Positions 39,927 to 50,600 of a stretch of 64,000 nt of DNA are shown here, piece by piece. The DNA is from Daphnia carinata (Eukaryota): the NCBI RefSeq assembly GCF_022539665.2, contig NC_081333.1, positions 10,912,001 to 10,976,000 of the forward strand. Reading direction: 5' to 3'. The translations under genes were made by a program, and so were the position numbers. Below the pieces are notes generated by a model. It saw only the letters and a program-made list of their open reading frames with translations, was not told where the DNA came from and made no database searches. The stretch's first letter is position 1. Each line of letters starts with the position of its first letter.

Positions 39927-40742
39927 TTATTCGGTAGGAGAATTGGCTGAGGGGTTTTCATCGGGCAGATAATGTCGCCATGATCGGTACAAGTAGCGGG
40001 TGAATTTTTTCAGCTGACGGAACTTGCAGAATGCAGATCCTTCCGTAGCTGGAACGTGTTGCGTTTGGATTAGAAATCCCTTGTCGCCAAAAGTTTGTTC
40101 CATCTTTTGGCGTCGTGATAACCTCCTACTTCCGCTACCGGGACTGATATCTAGTAAAGACGAAGACAATGCTGCTGCAAGATTTCGAGGTGGATTTTTT
40201 GTTGTAAGCGAATGTGGTGGGCACCAGTTTGGACGAATAGTATTAATCGGAAGTAAAGCGGGGATCGGCTTGACTTGTTGGTTGTGCTGCTGCGGGACGG
40301 TGACTGATGCAATGATCGATTGTTTACGCTGTTCTTGCTGCTGCAGTTGTTGTTTTTCCTGATTTTGCTGGTGCTGTAATTCGGGGAAAAAACGGAAGTT
40401 TCCGCCAGAATCAAGGGAAAGGATCTTCTTTTCCTGTAATCTTGGAGTCTGTCCAGCAACAAATTTGAATTTACAGATACAAACGTCGTTATCGGCAAGC
40501 TTCTCTGGCGGAAGAAAGATTGCAGAACGCTTCTTCCGTCGTCGGATGGTAGAATTCCTGATCACCTGCTCCTCGGTAGCTGTTCCGCGAGGCAGTAACA
40601 CTGGTAAAGATTCGTCCCGAACACACAAATTCAATGGCTGCTCACCGTTGTTTACCGATGTGACTGAATCTATTGGAGAAAGCAAGTGGCAGATTTCCCC
40701 TTTGGCCCGCTTTCGACTTCGCGCTCTCGAAATGTTAGCCAT
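39927..40742 (-). CDS. Uncharacterised, apparently single-exon, probably nuclear protein
   Basis: Open ~271-codon ORF from the ATG at 40742. Basic NLS-like runs (RRRKKR), PLNLCVR motif, and two ordered-looking blocks (DVCICKFKF...KKILSLDSGGNFRFF; EQTFGDKGFLIQTQ...FCKFRQLKKFTRYLYRSWRHYLP) separated by a Q-rich linker. An upstream exon is not excluded. Confidence 0.75.
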   Translation of the reverse strand: MANISRARSRKRAKGEICHLLSPIDSVTSVNNGEQPLNLCVRDESLPVLLPRGTATEEQVIRNSTIRRRKKRSAIFLPPEKLADNDVCICKFKFVAGQTPRLQEKKILSLDSGGNFRFFPELQHQQNQEKQQLQQQEQRKQSIIASVTVPQQHNQQVKPIPALLPINTIRPNWCPPHSLTTKNPPRNLAAALSSSLLDISPGSGSRRLSRRQKMEQTFGDKGFLIQTQHVPATEGSAFCKFRQLKKFTRYLYRSWRHYLPDENPSANSPTE

Positions 40743-41353
40743 TGTGTTAGACTGCTTCCGCACAGGAAACGAAAGGATACGTTAGAGAAGTATACGAGAT
40801 GCGTCTCTCTCGGTGGATGGCTTAGCAATGCCCATATGGGTCCAGTCTACACACAATACGAAAAAAAAAACAGTCTATAATTAGCCCGTCTATGCCGTAA
40901 CCTTACATAGAAATGTCGAGTTCGCATTCCGCGCTGGATCCAAGCAAAAAAAAAAATTTTCAGTTTTCTCACGTAGAACGCGGAATTCCATTTGCTTCTG
41001 AAAAAAGATGAAAAATAAAGAGTCTCTCGTTAAGTTGGCGGGATAAAACAGGCGTGCAAAGGAAAAGCAATTGCTGTGTTATCGTAGGAGTCCATTGATA
41101 ACAAAAAATCTAAATCAATGCCCTTATAAGAGCAAATTTCCACCCCCGATCTGTAGTGTCTAATTTTATCCTTCCCAAACTTACGCCTATTGGGCAATTC
41201 TGGCACTACGCATACGATCCATCTAGCAGACTATATAGTCATGTTTGCGTTTGACAACCCGTTGTGTAATTTTTTTAGACCTTGTCCTTGTTCGTCGTCC
41301 GTTTCTACGGTGGCTGTTTTATTTGAACAGTGTTAGTGTTTTTAAGCTAGCAG

Positions 41354-42092
41354 ATGGTTATGGCTCCAAAGGGAAACAGTAAAGCCATAACCAAGAGTTG
41401 TCCTTCGTGTTCCAAACATGTAATATGTGACTTAACTTAAGAATAAAAAATGTCTTGTTTTCAATATGTTGTAAAATAATAAATTAACAAAAAAATTTGT
41501 GAATACTACTTTTTGTGATGTTTGTTTTGTAGGTGGCAGTGGCCTGTAAAAACTGTCCTTGTGGTCACATATTTTTTGTGGCTAGAAGATCTTCTGCATT
41601 GGTGTCTAAAATGAAAGAAGAAGCTGATCGAACAACTAGAGTCAGCCCACCCCCACCACCTGATCCATCAACTTCATCAAGATTTCAGCCCGGTATTAGA
41701 CGAACAGAAAGGGTTAAAAGAGATAAACCAGACTTCTACAATGCTTCAGAATATGACAAACAAAGAAAGGTGTTATTTTTTGGTAAATCTCAACTGTATA
41801 TGCCTTAAGCAAAAATTGTGTTTAGCCAAAATCTTCTAGACAACGACTAGCAGCAAGTGTCAGCGAAGATAGGGATGACCTTTTGGGTGATGAATCGGAC
41901 CAGGCAGCTGGAAACAAACGAGGCAGAGGAAGGCGCAGAAGGAAGAGGAACCTTGCTGGGGAATTAATTGATGAGAAGAAGATAGAAGATGATGAAGCAG
42001 GTCCAGTTGTCCCTGCTCATAAACAATTATGCTTGGGCATTAATCTTTCTGAAATAAATCGTAAACTTATAGCAGTCAACCCCATTTTTTGA
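41354..42092 (+). CDS. C16orf87: UPF0547/C16orf87 homolog (N-terminal zinc ribbon), 3 exons
   Basis: TKSCPSCSKH|VAVACKNCPCGHIF, RRTERVKRDKPDFY, KRGRGR, C-terminal LSEINRK. Confidence 0.92.
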
Positions 42093-42520
42093 TTCCATTT
42101 TCATATAAAATGAATGAATGTTTGGACCATTTAAATAAACAATAAAATTTTGATATTTTCTAACACATTTGCTTCGTGTTTATTTATTGAATCATGATTT
42201 CATGAATTATCAATGGAAGAAAATTTCGTATTGCAATTCGGGGAAAATCGATATGTAATGCAATCCAATCACAAGGAAATGGGAGGAGTTAGAGTTTACG
42301 CAGCTTTGGCAACAAATGAATCTCTTTAGCTCTGTTCAGCCCTCCACTCCTTCAATCGCTGAGGTTCGCTCGGAGGTTGCATAACCCGGTCGAGCGGATC
42401 CAGTGGAACCACTACCAGCTGAAAGGGGAGTAACTGCCCTCGTGCGTTGTTAGGGAATAGAATAGGAGCAGAATAGAGAAGCAGCAGAGATATTTCGACT
42501 GAAACCTAAGTGGAAGCGCC

Positions 42521-44956
42521 ATGCCGTCGATCGCTGCTAACAATACAGCCGTTAAAGCGGAGAAAGTTCCGGCTTTAGACCTTCCGGAATCTTTCAGATC
42601 CGCCACTGTTGTTATCGAGAAGAAATGCAGAAACCTAGAAAAACGCAAGGTAACATTACAATATAATTCATTTTTTTTTTGTTCTGTGAAAAGCCAGAGA
42701 GGGCAATTCTGGGCAACACGCGGTCGTCACGCCGGCTTTATATGTCTCAATATGGCTATCGGTACTTCAGTTAATGTCAAATGGTTTTTGTTCTACATCT
42801 CATCGAATCTCCTTGCAAAAATCGTTAACCCCATGATACTCAATTACAAAACTAACCATAGATGTTACTTCTTAAGTAAATTTTTTTTTATATTTGTAAA
42901 ATAAATTAATTTCCCTTCTTTACAGATTAAGCTTGATGGGTATCGGGAAGAATTGGCTAGAGGAAAGGGCTTGTCTGATGAACAACAACGTGCTACTGAT
43001 CGTTATGATGAAGTGGTTGCCAACTTGGAATTGACCAAGGAGTTCCTGACAGCTTTCGAGAAAATAGGGATTGAAACTAGCAAAGAAGAAAAGAAAAGGA
43101 AGAAGAAAGAAATCTTTGAGAAGCAGCAGCATGAATTGGCGCGCTTCAAAGAGCTTTTTATCATCCAAGTCTGATTTTATCCTTCCTCCTTTTATGATGC
43201 AATTGCTAATTGCCACATTTAATCACAGGAAGTTTTCAGTTGCTTGTGTTCACCTGCAGCACGGGAAGATTTTGTGAATGGATTCCATGGTGCACCCCAA
43301 CTTAGTGAATCTGATCTCCAGAAACTTGATACTTTCTACAGCTTAGTATCCATTGATCGTCAAAATCTTCCAAAGACATTCAATGTATGTCCTATCAAAA
43401 AATTTTGAATGGCTACATTAGTTAAAACAATTTTTCATTTCTACTTTCCTTTCGTAGGATGCAGTCCTGGGTTCAGCTGCTCATTTTCAGCACCTTATGG
43501 AGGGTAGGAACAAAGAAGTAGCAGGTAGCACCTATCGTGAGATTAAGGACCTCGTCTTCAGTATTATCAACAATGGCTACTTTGATTGGAAGGCCCCACC
43601 AGAAGTTGAGCCTGAGCCTGTAGAACCTGAAGTAGTAGAACCGATTGTAGAGCGGACAGAAGCTTTCCAAACCACTCACATGGAGCCGGTAAGTTTCTCG
43701 ATATATTTCGTTGTATGTTACCTCATGTGACATCTTAATCGCAGGTTTACCAGAGCCTCCCTGATGAGCCAACCTACGTTGAACCTGGAATGGAGTATAT
43801 TGAACCACAAGTTTCATTGCCCATTCAGCCACAGATTGTCCCACAAGCCGCGGCATATTTCCCCGTCGATATAGAGTAACCAACTTCACCTATTGGTCAA
43901 AGTATTGACTCTAATCTTTTCGTTATTTTTAGTACGGATTTCAATTTTATCCAAGAATCAATGATCGACGCTAAACCTGTTTTACCGACAATTCCTGCAT
44001 CTGTTCCCATGCCTCTACAAACCGCTCCACATGTTCCTGTTTCCCTTGCGTCGATGGACTCCGCAGTAGTAATGGTCCACTCTCAGATGCCACATTCTCA
44101 GATGCCACATCTGGCGTATCCTCACTATGCAGCTTCAATGTACGCTGCCCATGCTGCACCTCTTGTGCCTGGTCCACCGTCTATGCAGCTGCCTACTTCC
44201 ACGCAGCACCAACAACAGCCACCTCCCCAGCAAATCCATCAGCAACCGGAACAACCCTCGAATGATCTCCCTTGTGAACCCGTTATCCATGAAAGTCCAA
44301 CTGCTCCCACCACTCAGGTTGAAACACAAGACAATCGGGCGGCAACAAGTTCGACATGGGCCGAAGAGCCCCAAGAAGATATCCCGGTTTTCCAACAAGA
44401 CCAGAGTCGTAACGAGTCCAATACTTGGACGAATTCCAGTTACCGTTCCAATGACCAAGGTAACTGTGGCTTTGTTTATTGGCTTTCCATGAAATAGCTA
44501 ATTGTTTGTGTCAATTGAGTAGATGGACGTCGCGGAGGCTACCGTGGACGTGGGAACGGTGGGCCAAGAGGGGGATCACGTGGAGGATCTGGCTATTACA
44601 ATAACTCCAGAGGTGGATACAATGATCGTCAAGGCAATGGTGAAAGGACGTACCAAAACAGCGATCGTCATCAGGGCAACGGAGGAGATCGCAACGGAAT
44701 GGATCGTGGTTCTTACAACCAGGGTGGCGATCGTTCTTACCAAAGCAACAACGGCGGAGGTCGCTATCAAGGCAACAATGGCGAGCGTAATTACCAGGGC
44801 TCTTACCGATCATCTGGCGGTGACAGAGGAGGCAATTCATATGCGCCACGAGGAAACAGCGGTGGTTACCGTGGTGGTCAACCCCGAGGTGCTTCGAGAG
44901 GATCATCTCGAGGTGGTGGCAATTACGACGGCAGAAACGCATCGTATAAAGAATAA
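42521..44956 (+). CDS. CAPRIN1: Caprin (stress-granule RNA-binding protein)
   Basis: VIEKKCRNLEKRK|IKLDGYRE coiled coil, Caprin HR1 (LMEGRNKEVAGSTY), G3BP-binding-type motif FNFIQESMID, RGG/RG-rich C-terminus. Confidence 0.93.
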
Positions 44957-47634
44957 AGAAGAGGGGAACGCTGTCAAACCAGAATCATCCCATTATGTTC
45001 TGAAATAGAAGTTCAAATGCCGGCTTTTTTTCTTTTTTAAACAAATACGTCTACTCCGCCATCTTGACAGTGAAACGGGCAGTCGCCATCATTTTCAACT
45101 CTTATTTTTCTTCCTCTTATTCTTGTCACCCACCGTCATCATTTCTTTTGTCCGCGGCCGCGAAGGAAAAGGAAATCAACTTCGCATGTCTTGAACAAAT
45201 AATTCCGCACGCGTGAAAACCTAACTATTTTTTACGGCGCGAGAGCTTTCTTCAATCCTTTTGTTTACTTTCTTTTCCGTCGATCACGTGTCCCGTTTTT
45301 TTTTTCGATTCTGAAACTTGTGTCATGTTGCACATTAGCCAAGAATTTAATCTTTTTGCGTCCTTGCTCCTTGCTGCTGCTGTATTAGTCACCTCCTATA
45401 AAGCGGTGAAGAAAAAATAACACAATCGGGAAGTTGGCCGTTCGGAGAATACACATTCAAGATGACGTGAAAATCCGCATTACCTATTTCCATCTTGTAA
45501 ACAAGGTTCTCTAACTGATTGACTCATCGTGAAAAAAAATGGTTGATGTTGATTACACTTCCATTCCGTTTGGAGACAGACAAATGTCGGCACGAATTCT
45601 TCGTCCATAGGATTTTGCTGCTTCGACGAACGTCCTGTAGAGTCAAAAAGTTAGCCATGCCATAATGCTAATGCATTACTTCATTAAAAGCAACATTAAG
45701 ATTATCGGTTTTCCCCCCGTTCTAAATTGCATTTAACCTTCCAATGACAATGTTTTAGAATGCAATTAGCATTTCGACTATGCTAGATTTGTCAGGGGGG
45801 AATCAAGGAGAGAATATTGCGGCATTCCTGAGCAAGGGCGTTAGCCTTGCCAGATTGTCTTAAATGAGTTTAGTTTCAGTTATTATTAAGTAACAATAGA
45901 AATATATTGTTTCTTCAAACGCTATCAGTGAGCGATTAGGCCGAACATCATGAAGACGAAACAGAAACTAGGATGTCCGTTATTTTCACAGAATATTATC
46001 TGATGTTGCGAGTCTAAGAAAATTGTAGACATGTTCTATCAGTTAGAAATGCCCTTGTCGCTTTTTGTTTATGCAGTAAATTTAAGAATTTGAAATTCAG
46101 GCTTCTCTAATGGGTTCTCACACCTTTTGTAGCTTACGCCACTTTCCCTCATTTCCACTGGGAATAATGGGGTATATGAAATTACGAATAAAATGTGCAA
46201 CTTCATATCTTTACAATCTGGTTGAACGCCATCAAGGTTTCGTGATTTTGCAATATTCATTAGAATATAATTATTTACGTGGTCTTAGCACTGTTGTAAT
46301 GTTATTTTATTATTACTACAATTTTTACCTTCAATTTGTTATGTATCGAACAAAAAACTCGATACCGATACTGATTTCTTTTGACTATATTTTACCCTGC
46401 AGCGGTAAATGGTCACACGCCCTCCAGATGGAGTTTGTTCAACAAGTGAAAAACATCTCTCCTTCGCTGTGCTAGTGTGTTGCAAGTCTTCTCGGTTTTT
46501 TGACGTGAAATAATATTTTTGCTACATGAAATCTTCTTTTGGCTGTGGAATATCTTTCAGTTCGCGTTTTATTTATTAAATCATACAACAACAAAAAATG
46601 TGGGGGGCTTTGCGATTTTTTATCTTCAGGTAAATATCCTACTGTTTTTTTTTAACCAGGTAGAAGTAGGGCAGGTGCCTTTCCTCATTTGCAATGGGGA
46701 AAGTGTGTCATACATGCTTCTGAGTTGGCCCATGATTGATAGAAAATTCATTTGTGTATGATGAAATAGTACTTAATTAAAATGTATTTATTTTTTAATT
46801 AGCATTGACCGCCAGAACATCTGAAGGATCTTATCATTCTCTAATGCCCATCTAGTAGTTCACTAGCTGCACGTTGGCCTCTATTAAAAATGACCAACAT
46901 TTCAAACCTAGTGGTCAGCTGCTTACATGCAGCTGTAATATTCCTAATGTTGGTAAGTGATATTATATTGTCTGAGATATAATCCATCATTTTTAGTTTA
47001 GTAGACTCACTGTGTTCTCTGGTGTCAGTGCAAATATTCAATTTTAATATCTATGCTTGCTAAACCTGGCAATTATAGATCTAAAGCAACTGCATCAACT
47101 AAAAATTAATGATTGTGAATATTAATCTAGCAGTGGAGCCAATCAGCTCATTTGAATCCACCATAGATTAAAAAAATCTTCAGTTTCATGGTGTGTTACT
47201 TAATTCGACTTTTTAACCTGATATGCTTCGGCAATCGGTGGCGACTGGAAATGTAGGCCAATGGGTGCGACGTCTACCGGTGATTCAGAAGGATCGCTCC
47301 GTGAATAAAGTGACAAATGGGTACGCCGAGTAGCGTTGCGGTTTTGTTTTAGTAAAGCTTCCCGTTTTATTCTCGTGAGATTCTTTTTCCGCATTTTGAT
47401 TGGCCCTAATCCAAATCTCGAGCTATCACACGCCGCGCTACATCTCGTGCTATGATTTTCTCACCATCGTTCCTGTTAAAATCCGGATGTACCCAAAATA
47501 TCTTTACATTTTTGTTTTTCCACTTTTTTAATGACTGCAATCGATCAGCGACTGAGCCAGTTCTGGCAAAACGGAATTTAGATTTTTTTTTTCTACATTC
47601 ATGTAATTATTTTTTATTGGCATTATTTTTAAAG

Positions 47635-50600
47635 GCTCAACACGTTAGCACGGCGTCATTAAGCGTCAGATTTCCCGATGAAGTTGCATCATTGGCTGTG
47701 GTCCCTCCAGGCGCAGGCCATTACCGTTTGGATTTTTGGCCAGCCCAGGTGCGTAAAAAGAGAAACATTGATCTCACCTTTTCTTTCCTTTTAAAACTTT
47801 CTTTTTGTGTTCACCCACAACAAAATGATGCGATACTAGGGAGTGCCACCGCCAAACAACACACTCCTACCTACAGAACTTCTACAGCCGATCGAACTAC
47901 GCGGAGTCCAACCTGGTACCAATTATCACTTTAGGCTACTCTTCTGGAACGCTACGCTCAACGCCTGGCCGGCTTGGACTCTCACCTTACCCACAGGTTT
48001 CATTTTAAATAGCACTATGAAGTGTCTTCGTTTTCTCTGTTCTAAATGTTTTGAACGGTAATATGACTTTAAAACAGCTCCTGAACCACCATCAAACCTG
48101 GTTATCCGCGTCCGGAAAGCGGTACAAGTAACATGGGACCCCCCTGCCGTAGGCGGAGTTACTGGATACAAAATTAAGGTGCCTTGAGATACATTTAAGT
48201 TTGACTTTCTCTCCCCCTCAAACCGCATTTTAAAAAAATGTTTCCTCCGTCTTTTTAGCCAAAAATAACGGTCGCTTTACGTGTGTTTATTTATTCCTTC
48301 ACTTAGCTTCACGCTCTGTCTGAACCGTTGACTGGTGTCCGCACCTTCGTTCTGTCGGCGGATGCCTCGCCTTTTCCGCTACGAGACCTGACACCAGGCG
48401 CCAGTTACCGGCTGGAATTGCACTCCATGTTCGAAAACCGAGACAGTGAAGTGGCTACCGTCCAAAATTTCACAACACGTACGTGAGATTTTTTCTTGTG
48501 AAGTTTTAAATTACAGAACGTGTTCCGTTAACTATTTTCAATTTACATTACGGTAGGGCCTAATACTCCGGGAAGGTTTATCGTGTGGTTCAGAAACGAA
48601 ACTACTCTTTTAGTTTTGTGGCAGCCACCATATCCAGCTGGCATCTATTCAAATTACAAGGTGAAGTACACTATCGAAGTCCCAAGTCTGCGGTGTCTAA
48701 TTTATTTTTCCTTAATCCAGGTGTCGATTGATCCGCCGGACGCAGTAGAAAGCACGTTAGAGGTCGAGAAAGTAGGAGAGCCACCTGGCCCTGCTCAAGC
48801 TCCGTTTTATGGCCTGCTTCCAGGTTTGTTTATAGTTTCTCGTGGCTAGATGCCATTCGTAATTAAAAAAAAAAGAATAGTTCTAATCTTGTTTTCTTAT
48901 TCTGCGTTTTTAATAGGGAGGAATTACAACATTTCGGTTCAAACGGTCAGCAACGGAGAAATATCATTACCGACTACAGCTCAGTACCGGACGGTGCCGC
49001 TGAGGCCAAGGAATGTCACATTCGAACGGCGTCTGGTCACCTCAGATTCCTTTCAGATTAGATGGGAAGAGCCGAAGGGCATGAGGTATTTATAATTATA
49101 CCGATTTAGACTTAGTACGAAACTGATTGAATACTATGGCTGCAGTGAGTTCGATCGATATCACGTATCAGTTGGGACGGGTCGGCCACCCATCATTGTT
49201 CGACGCGATGAACCACGTATGGCTTTATTTAACGAGGGTTTAGAACCAGGTCGAACTTACCCGGTTTTGGTCAAAACTCTGTCCGGGAATGTGGCATCTT
49301 GGCCAGCTACTGCAAATGTCACGACACGTAAGTTAAGGCTTCTAAATGACCGATGATCAATAATAACTTTTGAATATCGTCTTTTATTACCAAGGTCCCC
49401 TTACGGTTCAAAACTTGACCGCTTCACTTCCATCACCTGGAACCGAGGGTGTCACATCAGTGTCGGATTTAGTCCTAGCTTGGTCACCTGATGTACGTTC
49501 TCAGCAAGATGCATACCGTGTGGCTTATCAAGAGGTAGCAGAATTGGAAGGAAACCCTCCTTCTGCAGGAGATGTGACTGCATTAAACGCTGCAGATACC
49601 AGTGGCGTTTTAGTAACAACTGCTACTCAGCTGGTCATGACTTCTCTTTTACCTGGTCGAAATTATTCCCTTTCTGTCATTGCCTTAATGGCTGGAATGG
49701 AAAGCGAATCTGTCGCTGTTTACCAGGCCACGCGTAACGTTCTATTGTTTTTTTAAATCACAGCTTAAATTTTAACCGTTCTTGATGTTATGCAGGACCT
49801 TCATCTCCAATCATTGAAGAGTTAACTCCCGTACCCAATGGCCTGAATGTCTCTTGGAAATCAGATGTCACATCTAAGCAAGATAGATATACTGTAGTTT
49901 ACATCCGAAATGATACTGGTATAACGAGTAAAATAGTTGTTTGAGCTCACTGGTTCTAGAAATTTCGGAATATAGGTGACCCCAAAACTCGCGAAGTAAC
50001 CGAGCCGCGTATTCTGCTAGAAAATCTATATCCTGGTGCTAGTTATCAAATCAGGGTTTTCGCTGTTAGCCACGGACTGTGGAGTGAGCCAAACACTCAC
50101 TTTCAAGCTGTTTGTACGTATTTTCTTTATCCAAACATTCCCAGCTTTTATTCACACTGAATAATATTTTAGATCCTCGGTCACCACGCAATTTCAGTGT
50201 GGCGGCCACCAGTTCGTCGTCTCTGCGACTAACGTGGTCCTCACCCGTGGATTCCATCTACACCAATTACGTTATCCGGTATGGTATAAGTCTGTCATAC
50301 ATTTTCACTAATTAGTAGTTACATAAACTTTTGATTGTGTTCCCTTTTGCAGTTATCGTACGGCTGATAATGTTAGCTGGACCGAATTAAGTTCAATCGT
50401 CAGTACGGATACAGAACTGAAACAACTGACCGCTGGCGAACGCTATGTCCTTCTGATTAATTCAGCTAGCCACAGAGTCGAAAGTGCCGCGCCCATTGAA
50501 CTTCAGTATACGCTTTGTGAGTACTGTTCTTTGTCCAAAGATTGAAATTCGTAATTTGAAGGTTTTGTTATTGGTCTGTACCTCTAGATCCAAATCCTGT

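Noticed and set aside
46758..46824. C/D-box snoRNA-like pattern (ATGATGA ... CTGA)
   Set aside because: No terminal stem or clear D'/C' boxes, and at most about 9 nt of possible rRNA complementarity, which I cannot verify. Such boxes arise by chance.
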